IMG/VR virus record: IMGVR_UViG_3300007863_000001
Coordinates: 1-64,000 of that record
Source: a virus
Length of the DNA: 64,000 bases
Reading direction: 5' to 3' (one strand)
The position numbers and the translations under genes were made by a program. Under the pieces are notes generated by a model, which saw nothing but the letters and a program-made list of their open reading frames with translations, was not told the origin of the DNA and ran no database searches. Positions 1-8,500 of this stretch are shown here, in pieces (position 1 is the first letter of the stretch; each line of letters opens with the position of its first letter).

Positions 1-90
1 AGACTCGTCCACTTTGAGAAGTGTCCACGAGACGCAGTAGTCTCATTGTTTATGCTGTAGACTACTAGGGTGGTTCTGAGGGAGGGAAGT

Positions 91-421
91 AATACACAGT
101 GTTCGTGTATTATAATTACACAGTATTGTGAGATATTCCATACCCCCGGTAGGGTTTTATATTACAATTAAGCAGTGTTGTTTGAGTTCGTTATAAGCAG
201 TCCTATGTGTTGACAATACCTTCGTGTTATGATATCATGATACCTGGGTAATATATTCTTAATTGTAATTACACAGTGTTGTTTGAGAAGAAATATAAGA
301 GACCTTCGTTATTACATACCCCCCATAGGGTTTTATATTATAATTAAACAGTACAGTATAATAAGTATTCGTTATTGTTCGTGCATTATAATTAAACAGT
401 GCTAAGTGTTAAATACACAGT
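91..421. repeat. Degenerate direct-repeat array in a non-coding region (8 x WWTAMRCAGT plus longer duplicated blocks)
   Basis: Copies start at 91, 115, 167, 192, 268, 343, 391 and 412. Block 139-176 matches 315-352 at 34/38 nt, 102-124 matches 378-400 at 21/23 nt, and cagtgttgtttgag occurs at 173 and 274. Confidence 0.85.
210..238 (+). promoter_or_regulatory. Sigma70-type promoter inside the repeat array
   Basis: TTGACA (210-215), 17-nt spacer, TATCAT (233-238), with an extended -10 TG at 230-231. Confidence 0.7.
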
Positions 422-630
422 TATATGTGATTAATGATGTAAAGTATTATAAACCGATGGGGGGTCCGAAAAGAAAAACGCATAAGTCCCTAACCTACAA
501 AAGTATGCGTCTGCGAGTGATATATAATTCGATAAAAGAAAACAATTTAGAATAAAAAATTTTCCACCAATAAAAAATCACCTATAGGGTTGATATATAG
601 AGACTAAGTAAGTATCATCAAAAGAATGCA

Positions 631-774
631 ATGTTAGAATTTACACAAGAGGAGAGGGAATTATTAATTGAGACTCTTCAATATAGATTAGAGAATGATA
701 AGATAGTAAAAGTGAATGAGTTATTACGAGAGGATCTTGAAGATTTATTGTTTAAAGTAGAAGACACTGAATGA
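631..774 (+). CDS. Small acidic hypothetical protein, 47 aa (MLEFTQEERELLIETLQYRLEND...)
   Basis: Translated by hand, not in the ORF track. Stop overlaps the next ATG (ATGA), suggesting translational coupling. Confidence 0.6.
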   Translation: MLEFTQEERELLIETLQYRLENDKIVKVNELLREDLEDLLFKVEDTE

Positions 775-923
775 ATACTTATAGTATTGAATATCAAGGG
801 ATTACGATAGTGAGTGAAGTAAAACCAGAGGAATTAGAGAGGACACTAATTCAAGTAAGGGGTATAGTTGCATTTGGGGGGAAGGATGAGGAGCAAATAG
901 AAGTAATTCTAAATAGGGAGTAA
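771..923 (+). CDS. Small hypothetical protein, 50 aa (MNTYSIEYQGITIVSEVKPEELERTL...)
   Basis: Translated by hand; ATGA overlap with the upstream ORF; protein-like composition. Confidence 0.6.
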   Translation: MNTYSIEYQGITIVSEVKPEELERTLIQVRGIVAFGGKDEEQIEVILNRE

Positions 924-930
924 CCACCCA

Positions 931-959
931 TTGCAATGATTGATTTGTAGTGGTATAAT
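931..959 (+). promoter_or_regulatory. Sigma70-type promoter for the glycosyltransferase-like gene
   Basis: TTGCAA (931-936), 17 nt, TATAAT (954-959), with extended TG at 951-952. Confidence 0.7.
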
Positions 960-983
960 AGTAAATGTCGGAATTAATTTTTT

Positions 984-1739
984 ATGGCTAAAGGATTCAC
1001 AGTAAAAGCAAAAGCCCCGGTAATAAATCCAGAGAATGCTGATGCATTTAATATGGAGAGGGCAAAGGAAAAGATTCGTGGGAAGTCGGTAGTATTTTGT
1101 CTTCCTGGAAGAGGAGTATCATATCAATTTCTGAAGAGTTTTGTACAGTTATGTTTTGACTTAGTTCAGAACGGTGCAAGTATTCAGATTTCACAAGATT
1201 ATAGTTCAATGGTGAACTTTGCACGTTGTAAGTGTTTAGGTGCAAATGTATTGCGTGGACCAAAGCAAGTACCATGGGATGGTAAGTTAAAGTATGACTA
1301 TCAGTTATGGATTGATAGTGATATTGTATTTGATAGTGAGAAGTTTTATCGTCTTGTTGATATGGACCAGGACATTGCATCTGGATGGTATTGTACAGAG
1401 GATGGAAAGACATCATCAGTTGCTCATTGGTTAGAAGAGGATGACTTCAAGAACAATGGTGGAGTTATGAATCATGAGACACTTGAGAGCATGGCAAAAC
1501 GTCGCAAACCATTCACAGTTGACTACACAGGTTTCGGATGGGTGTTGATTAAGAAGGGAGTATTTGAGAATCTTGAGTATCCTTGGTTTGCTCCGAAGAT
1601 GCAAGTGTTTGATTCTGGTGAAGTGCAAGATATGTGCGGGGAAGATGTCTCATTCTGTCTCGATGCAAAAGAAGCAGGATTTGAGATTTGGTGTGATCCA
1701 AAGATTCGTGTTGGGCATGAGAAGACTAGAGTTATCTAA
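984..1739 (+). CDS. GT-A fold (GT2-like) glycosyltransferase-like protein, conserved cyanomyovirus type
   Basis: DxD motif (LWIDSDIVF), 'YTGFGWVLIKKGVFE', 'GEDVSFC' and 'RVGHEK' motifs typical of phage GT2-like proteins. Confidence 0.75.
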   Translation: MAKGFTVKAKAPVINPENADAFNMERAKEKIRGKSVVFCLPGRGVSYQFLKSFVQLCFDLVQNGASIQISQDYSSMVNFARCKCLGANVLRGPKQVPWDGKLKYDYQLWIDSDIVFDSEKFYRLVDMDQDIASGWYCTEDGKTSSVAHWLEEDDFKNNGGVMNHETLESMAKRRKPFTVDYTGFGWVLIKKGVFENLEYPWFAPKMQVFDSGEVQDMCGEDVSFCLDAKEAGFEIWCDPKIRVGHEKTRVI

Positions 1740-1760
1740 TGTCCTTTTAGAAACGTCTAC

Positions 1761-1790
1761 TTGACGTTTCACCAAAGGCTTTGGTATGAT
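1761..1790 (+). promoter_or_regulatory. Possible sigma70 promoter overlapping two inverted repeats
   Basis: TTGACG (1761-1766), 18 nt, TATGAT (1785-1790), with extended TG. Confidence 0.45.
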
Positions 1791-1828
1791 ACCCTTAGGA
1801 GAGATATGAGTTCTTCTGAGGGTCTTTT
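1791..1828 (+). terminator. Hairpin followed by a short T tract (possible terminator or processing stem)
   Basis: acccttaggagag / ttcttctgagggt stem with GU pairs, followed by ctttt. Confidence 0.45.
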
Positions 1829-1878
1829 AATAAGAAAAAAAACCCGAAAAAAACCGTTAAAAAGGAGATTAATTAATC

Positions 1879-2019
1879 ATGGCAAATCGTCGTCTGATGG
1901 GTGGTAACAAACTTGAATCACTACCAAAGAATACTCGTCAAGGAAGTAGTAAGAATACTAAGTATGCTGCAACAAGTCGTAATAAAGCACGCAAAGCATA
2001 TCGTGGTCAAGGACGTTGA
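1879..2019 (+). CDS. Small highly basic protein, 46 aa (MANRRLMGGNKLESLPKNTRQGSSKNTKYAATSRNKARKAYRGQGR)
   Basis: Translated by hand; AGGAG Shine-Dalgarno at 1863-1867; C-terminal YRGQGR resembles small basic proteins of marine phages. Confidence 0.8.
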   Translation: MANRRLMGGNKLESLPKNTRQGSSKNTKYAATSRNKARKAYRGQGR

Positions 2020-2391
2020 ATGTATAACCTTCAATTATTGACTTATTTGGCACCTAGTTCCGTTTGTGATGGAGTAGGTGTCTTTTCTTTAGTTGATATT
2101 CCTCAAGATACATGTATTTTCAAACCAAAAGAGAAGAAACATGTATTTTGGTGTGAGGTTTCGTCTGAAATCAGGAACAATATAGAAAACCTAGTGTATG
2201 GTGATGAGCATGGGTTTTGGGTTGACTGTGATTTAGACCGTATTGGGCAACAATATTACATAAATCACTCAAATTTACCTAATGTTTCATATAATAAGGA
2301 CACTGGTGAGTTATATTCTGTTCGTAATATCAAAAAAGATGAAGAATTAACAGATTATTACTTCCCAAGAGAAAGAGATTGGCTTACTTAA
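2020..2391 (+). CDS. SET-domain protein (putative lysine methyltransferase)
   Basis: SET motifs GVGVF..VDI, YINHSxxPN and RNIKKDEELTDYY. Confidence 0.85.
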   Translation: MYNLQLLTYLAPSSVCDGVGVFSLVDIPQDTCIFKPKEKKHVFWCEVSSEIRNNIENLVYGDEHGFWVDCDLDRIGQQYYINHSNLPNVSYNKDTGELYSVRNIKKDEELTDYYFPRERDWLT

Positions 2392-3014
2392 ACCATAGTT
2401 TACCTGATTGGTCTTGTTATATACGTAATGAGTTCCTTTATAATCATAAAAAAGGGCATGGGGAGGTTACAAAGTGTGACGTTCACTCTGTTGCTAGTAT
2501 TGAGAAGAGAGTTCCTCTCTTTGAAGCATTTCTAGAGAATGGTGTGAACTGGACTAGACGACCTTTACATGCCTTTTGCTGGAAAGAAGACGCACCCATA
2601 GAGCCTTTAGAGGACATAATGTACTGGGACTGCTTTTCACCTTACATAGACGTTCAGAGAAGGCATAGACTAGCTAATTTAGATGCACAATTGATACGTC
2701 CAGACGGAAAAAAGGTACTTGGAACGTATATGTTCACCCTAGATTGGTCTTGGGAGAACAAAGGAGTGCCAGATTTGAACTTTTCAGAGACTCCAGAGCA
2801 TAAATGTGCCCATTTGTTCAAAGTTGAGACTGGGAATTACTATGCATACCCCAACAATCGTATTATTTGGTACGATAATGCTTGGGTATTCAATAGAATT
2901 GAGAAAAATCCTGGTTATGAGATTGATTTGACTGTTTATTCAGTTGAAAATAAGAAAAAACTGGAAACTTCTGATCATTACATGTATGAGATTAGGAATT
3001 TAGAAAAAGAGTAA
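2379..3014 (+). CDS. Conserved phage hypothetical protein (TTG start)
   Basis: MAYLNHSLP...WDCFS...YMFTLDW...EHKCAH...GNYYAYPNNRIIW, a family I recognise from marine phages; function unknown. Confidence 0.75.
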   Translation: MAYLNHSLPDWSCYIRNEFLYNHKKGHGEVTKCDVHSVASIEKRVPLFEAFLENGVNWTRRPLHAFCWKEDAPIEPLEDIMYWDCFSPYIDVQRRHRLANLDAQLIRPDGKKVLGTYMFTLDWSWENKGVPDLNFSETPEHKCAHLFKVETGNYYAYPNNRIIWYDNAWVFNRIEKNPGYEIDLTVYSVENKKKLETSDHYMYEIRNLEKE

Positions 3015-3023
3015 ATAGAAAAA

Positions 3024-3067
3024 GGGATAGAACCCCTCAAAAAGTTCTGTTTTTCACAAAACAGGAG
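3024..3067 (+). promoter_or_regulatory. Structured 5' leader: GGG/CCC hairpin plus a hairpin that sequesters the Shine-Dalgarno
   Basis: ttctgtttt (3045-3053) pairs with aaaacagga (3058-3066), covering AGGAG (3063-3067). agaac (3029-3033) can alternatively pair with gttct (3044-3048). Confidence 0.5.
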
Positions 3068-3073
3068 CAAAAA

Positions 3074-3214
3074 ATGGCAAAGTATCATGTTGACAGAGAT
3101 ACTGAGTACATGTATAAGATGTGGGGAACTACATCGTTGATAACAGACTATTGGACTAAGCCAAAAAAGAGTAATGATTCAGAAGAAACACTTAATAAAC
3201 AGAAAAAAAAATAA
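3074..3214 (+). CDS. Small conserved cyanophage-type protein, 46 aa (MAKYHVDRDTEYMYKMWGTTSLITDYW...)
   Basis: Translated by hand; AGGAG SD 6 nt upstream of the ATG; 'MWGTT.LITDY' motif. Confidence 0.75.
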   Translation: MAKYHVDRDTEYMYKMWGTTSLITDYWTKPKKSNDSEETLNKQKKK

Positions 3215-3263
3215 AACAGTATAAAAACTCTTATAGATATATTAAATAGAGTGTAAATCTTTA

Positions 3264-3659
3264 ATGTCAATAGAGGTTTCAAAAGCATTTAGAGATATTA
3301 GTTTATCTTTTGCTAAACATCCTGTAACCAATGATATTTTAATTCTTAAGAATGAGGATGCAGTTAAAAAATCTGTATCTAATATTGTAAGAACTTCATT
3401 AGGTGAAAGATTTTTTAATGTTAATTTTGGAACAAGTGTAAATGATTACCTATTTGAGAATACTACTCAAGATTTGGTATTTGCTGTAAGGGACGAAATT
3501 AGAGATGCCCTTGATAACTATGAACCAAGAATTAAAATTGATAGAATTGACGTTAATACTCCAGCAGACAGTAATGAATTGAATGTACAAGTTGTCTATG
3601 ACATTATTGGTCTAAGTATTTTACCACAAAAAGTAAATTTCATCTTATCACCAACTTAA
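3264..3659 (+). CDS. gp25: Baseplate wedge subunit / sheath initiator gp25
   Basis: GPW_gp25 motifs (AVKKSVSNIVRT..GERFF...FG, YEPRI); directly upstream of gp6. Confidence 0.92.
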   Translation: MSIEVSKAFRDISLSFAKHPVTNDILILKNEDAVKKSVSNIVRTSLGERFFNVNFGTSVNDYLFENTTQDLVFAVRDEIRDALDNYEPRIKIDRIDVNTPADSNELNVQVVYDIIGLSILPQKVNFILSPT

Positions 3660-3665
3660 AGTATA

Positions 3666-5552
3666 ATGTCATTTAATCAGTTTACAAATTTAGATTTTGA
3701 TAGTCTAAAAGTCCAACTAAAAGATTACTTAAGAGAAAACAGTAACTTTACTGATTTTGACTTTGAAGGTTCAAACTTTTCAACGTTAATTGATTTACTA
3801 GCATATAATTCTTATATTACGTCATATAACACAAATATGACGGTGAATGAATCTTTTCTAGACAGTGCTACTGTCAGAGAAAATATAGTAGCACTTGCCA
3901 GAAATATTGGATATGTTCCTAGGTCAGCAAGGTCATCCAAAGCAAGAATTAGTTTTAGTGTTAATACTGAAGGTTTCTTAGATGTAAGAGCAGTAACATT
4001 AAAGGCAGGAGTTGTAGCATTAGGAGATATTACAGCAGGTAGTTATATTTTTTCTATTCCAGAAGATATCACAGTATCTGTTGATGCTTTTGGATTTGCA
4101 TTTTTTAATGACATTTTAATATCAGAGGGCGTATTTTTAACAAAGTCATTCTCAATCAACAATTCTTTACCAAATCAAAGATTTGTCCTATCAAATCCAC
4201 GTATTGATACTACAAGTATTCGTGTCTTTGTTAGTGAGACTACCACTGAAGAATATAAGTTATATTCAAATATATTAAATATTAATTCTGAATCTAAGAT
4301 ATTCTTATTTCAAGAAGTAGAAGATGAAACGTATGAACTAATCTTTGGTGATAATATTTTTGGTAAGAGACCACAGTCTGGAAGTTCAATTTTTTCAAGT
4401 TATATTGTAACTAATGGAAAAATCGGAAATGGTTGTTCCAAATTTAATTTCACAGGAATCTTAGAAGATAATAATCAAAATAAAATAACTACAGGTATAT
4501 CACCGATTACAACATTAGCAGCATCTGAAAATGGTGATGATATTGAAAAAATTGATAGTGTAAAATATCTCGCACCTAGAGTATATTCATCTCAATATAG
4601 AGCAGTAACTGCCAATGATTATAAAGGACTAATACCATACATCTTTCCTAATGTAGAATCAGTTAGTGCTTATGGTGGTGATGAAGTAGATCCTCCAGAG
4701 TATGGTAAAGTATTCATATCAGTCAAACCTAGACAGGGTAAGTATATATCAAAAATAACAAAAGAACAAATTAAAAAAGAATTAAAGCAATATGCAATTG
4801 CTGGTATCAAAACAGAAATAATCGATTTAAAGTATCTTTACATAGAATTGAATACTAGTGTTTACTATGACAAAGGTTCTATTGGTGAGGTATCAGAGTT
4901 ACAAAAACAAGTTATAGAATCTCTACAATCTTATGGATCTTCTTATGAATTAAATAATTTTGGAGGAAGATTTAAGTATAGTAAAGTTAATGCATTGATT
5001 GATAGTATTAGTCCAGCAATTACATCAAACATTACGAAAGTTATTATGCGAAGAGATTTACAACCACTGTTAAATATTTTTGCAACTTATGAGTTGTGTT
5101 TTGGTAATAGATTCCATATAAAGAAAAATAATATAGTTGATAATAAAGGATATAATATTAAATCAACAGGATTTAATATATCTAATATTGATGGTACAGT
5201 TTATTTGTCTGATGTTCCAGTTAATGATGACTATGGAACAATATTTTTCTTTACTCTAAAAGATAACATTCCATTTATTGTTAATAATAGTGCAGGAACT
5301 GTTTATTATAAAAAAGGAGAAGTATTATTAGACACAGTAAATATAGTTGGAACTGATAGTCCTAATGGAATAGAAGTTCAGGCAATTCCAGAGTCAAACG
5401 ACGTAATTGCATTGAAGGATATATACTTAGAATTAAGTTCAGAAAATCTCATAGTTAATATGATTGAAGATAAGATTACTTCTGGAGAAAATACGTCAGC
5501 TACAGAATATATTATAACATCAAGTTACTCAAACGGAACTTATACAAGATAA
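3666..5552 (+). CDS. gp6: Baseplate wedge subunit gp6
   Basis: NLDFD..K..LK.YL...FTDFDFEGS, ESFLDSAT.REN, YELIFGD, QYRAVTANDY. Confidence 0.95.
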   Translation: MSFNQFTNLDFDSLKVQLKDYLRENSNFTDFDFEGSNFSTLIDLLAYNSYITSYNTNMTVNESFLDSATVRENIVALARNIGYVPRSARSSKARISFSVNTEGFLDVRAVTLKAGVVALGDITAGSYIFSIPEDITVSVDAFGFAFFNDILISEGVFLTKSFSINNSLPNQRFVLSNPRIDTTSIRVFVSETTTEEYKLYSNILNINSESKIFLFQEVEDETYELIFGDNIFGKRPQSGSSIFSSYIVTNGKIGNGCSKFNFTGILEDNNQNKITTGISPITTLAASENGDDIEKIDSVKYLAPRVYSSQYRAVTANDYKGLIPYIFPNVESVSAYGGDEVDPPEYGKVFISVKPRQGKYISKITKEQIKKELKQYAIAGIKTEIIDLKYLYIELNTSVYYDKGSIGEVSELQKQVIESLQSYGSSYELNNFGGRFKYSKVNALIDSISPAITSNITKVIMRRDLQPLLNIFATYELCFGNRFHIKKNNIVDNKGYNIKSTGFNISNIDGTVYLSDVPVNDDYGTIFFFTLKDNIPFIVNNSAGTVYYKKGEVLLDTVNIVGTDSPNGIEVQAIPESNDVIALKDIYLELSSENLIVNMIEDKITSGENTSATEYIITSSYSNGTYTR

Positions 5553-5553
5553 C

Positions 5554-8500
5554 ATGTCATTAGAAATTAATAAGACTAAGGTTTCAATTCAAAATATAAT
5601 AGATGCCCAAATCCCATCATTTTTGAATGAGGATTCACCTCTATTCAGAGAATTTTTAAATCAATATTACTTATCTCAAGAGTATCCAACTGGATCAATA
5701 AATCTTGCGGATAATTTAACTGAGTTAAAAAATATTGAAACCTATAACAATGAATTATTTTTTACTGCATTTGTTCCATCTAAGTTAACTTCCAACTTAA
5801 GTGCATTTTCTACAACTATAAATGTATCTCATACAATAGGATTTCCTGAAAAGTATGGATTATTAAGAATTGGTAATGAGATAATTACATATCGGTCAAA
5901 GACATCAAATTCATTTATTGATTGTTCCAGAGGATTTAGTGGAGTTACTGATGTTTCAAGTCCTGTATTAACTTTTACTAAAACTGTATCTGAAGGCAAT
6001 GAACTTGATACAGAAGTACAGAACTTAAACTTAGTTTTTTATCAATTTTTATTTACAAAGTTTAAGGCACAGTTCCTTCCTGGATTTGAAAATAGGCAAT
6101 TTGTGCCAGAATTAAAAATTAAAAATATACTATCAAGAGCAGTAGATTTTTATACATCAAAAGGAACAGAAGTTTCATATCAACTTTTGTTTAATGTATT
6201 ATATAATAAAAAAGTTTCTATGATTCGTCCTCAAGAATTTATCTTGAGACCATCTGATGATAATTATTTCATAACTAATAATATCTTACTTGAGAAAGTT
6301 AGTGGTGGAGATCCATTTTCAATTGAAGGTAAGACATTATTTCAAAATGTAAGTGATTCTGCTGAGGCAAGTGCTTCAGTATATTCTGTTGAATATCGAC
6401 CAGTTAATGGAAAAGATTTTTATGAAGTTTACTTGGATAGTACTTCATTAACATTTTCTTTTCTAAGTACAAATAAAACAAATATATCAAAAAATGTATT
6501 ATCTACTAGTGATATATTATTTGTTGATTCAACTATTGGTTTTCCAAACCAAGGTACAGTTCTTTTAAAAGGTAAAAACACTAGTAATACTTTTATAGAA
6601 TTATCTTATAGTGGGAAAACAAATACTCAATTTTTGAATGTTACTGGATTAACTGTAGATGTTGAATATGGGGATGAAATTTTAGAATCTAATTTTGCAT
6701 ATTCTTATGATGATGACGATAATCAAATTAGATTTAGAATTGTTAGTGTTATTGGTGAAGTAGAATATGAAGAAAGTTCAAATTTATTAGTAAATGATAC
6801 TATTACTTTATCTTCTTTTGGTGCAGATTTAGGTAGCAGATCAGAATTCAATAGTTGGATTTATAATATTCCATCAGAGCATGATATAAAGGAAATAACA
6901 CTTTCTGCAGATGTCAGTGGAAATATATATAGTGTTCTTTTTTATGAGAACGTCGATTTTTACTTCGAGCAAGAAGTTAGTTTACGAAATCCAACTGATC
7001 CAAATGATATTGTTACTTATGGTTATGTGAGAAAAATATTAGAAAAGGATAGAGTAGAAATTTTCTCTAATCAAAATATTTTATCAAAAACATTAGTAAA
7101 GAAAGAAATATCTCTAGGTAAAAGTGAAAATAATAAGTTTGACTCGATAAAAAATATTCCAGTAGCAATTCAAAACTCATATATTGATACCAATAACGAG
7201 TTTTATTATGTATCTTCATCTGGTGTACCACAGTATGAAATTCACTCAGAAGTTCCAAAAGTATTTGTTTCTGCAAATGTTGTAAGTGGTGGGTCAACAG
7301 ATATTTTAGACACAGATAGAATACATAAATTCTATACTGGAGAAAAAATATATTACACTCCTACACAGAATTCTGGTATTGCAACAGGAGTTTATCATTT
7401 AACTGCTATTGGTAGTAATGCTGATAGTAGACAATTAAAACTCTCTCTTAGTAAAAGTGATTTATTTTCTAAAAAGTATGTTTCAACAATAATTAATATA
7501 TCTTCAGATAGTTTTGTTAAACTTGATTATGAAAACAAAAATATAGAAAATCAAAAAATACTTAAAAAGTTTAATTTAAATAAGAATAGTGATAGTTTAA
7601 AGGAAGTCGCATCAAGATCGACCAATAATAAAACTGTTGGTATGTTGGTTAATGGTGTAGAACTTTATTCACCAACATTATTTGATGAAAACATCTACTA
7701 TGGAAAATTAGATTCAATTGAAATAACAAATGCTGGTAGTGGTTATGATATCATTAATCCACCCCAATTAATGATATCTGACAGTACTGGTATTGGAGCA
7801 ACGGCATATGTAAATATTAGAGGAAAACTAGATGATGTAAGAATATCATCAGCTGGACTTGGATATCAAACAAAACCAAAAATTACTATTGTTGGTGGTA
7901 ATGGCACTGGTGCAGCAGTAGAACCAAATTTAGTAAAACGTGCAATATCTGCTACATTCAGGGGTGATGGAATTGGATTTAATTCTGTAGATAATACTAT
8001 TACATTCCAAACAAAACATAACTTTGACCCAGGTGAGGAAATTTTATATGATCCAAATTCCAATCCAGAGTGTTTGCCATTAAAAGCAAATTCTACTTAT
8101 TTTCCTGGTATAATAAATGATTACACAATTAAATTATACGAGACTGAAAGAGATGCTCTCACCCAACAAAATGAAATAAATTTACAGGGCATAAGTTCTG
8201 GTACACACACTTTTACTACACTAAAAGTAAGAAATACTATCACTAAAATTTATATAAAAGATAGTGGTAGTGGGTATTCAAATAAATCTATTAAAATTCC
8301 ATCAGTTTTAGCATTTGATGGTAAAACAAATGGTGTTAATACCTTTGATGATTATATTTTTGCAACAAATCACGGGTTTAAAGACAAAGATCTTTTGCTC
8401 TATTCTTCTACCCAAACAAATGTTGGTGGATTATCATCAGAAACAGAATATGTTGTAACTGTTTTAGATGAAAATAAGTTTAAGTTGTCTAGTACGGTAG

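Noticed and set aside
91-421. CRISPR or mini-CRISPR array
   Set aside because: The repeats are 10-nt degenerate boxes with irregular spacing, the intervening sequences are themselves repetitive, and no cas genes are present.
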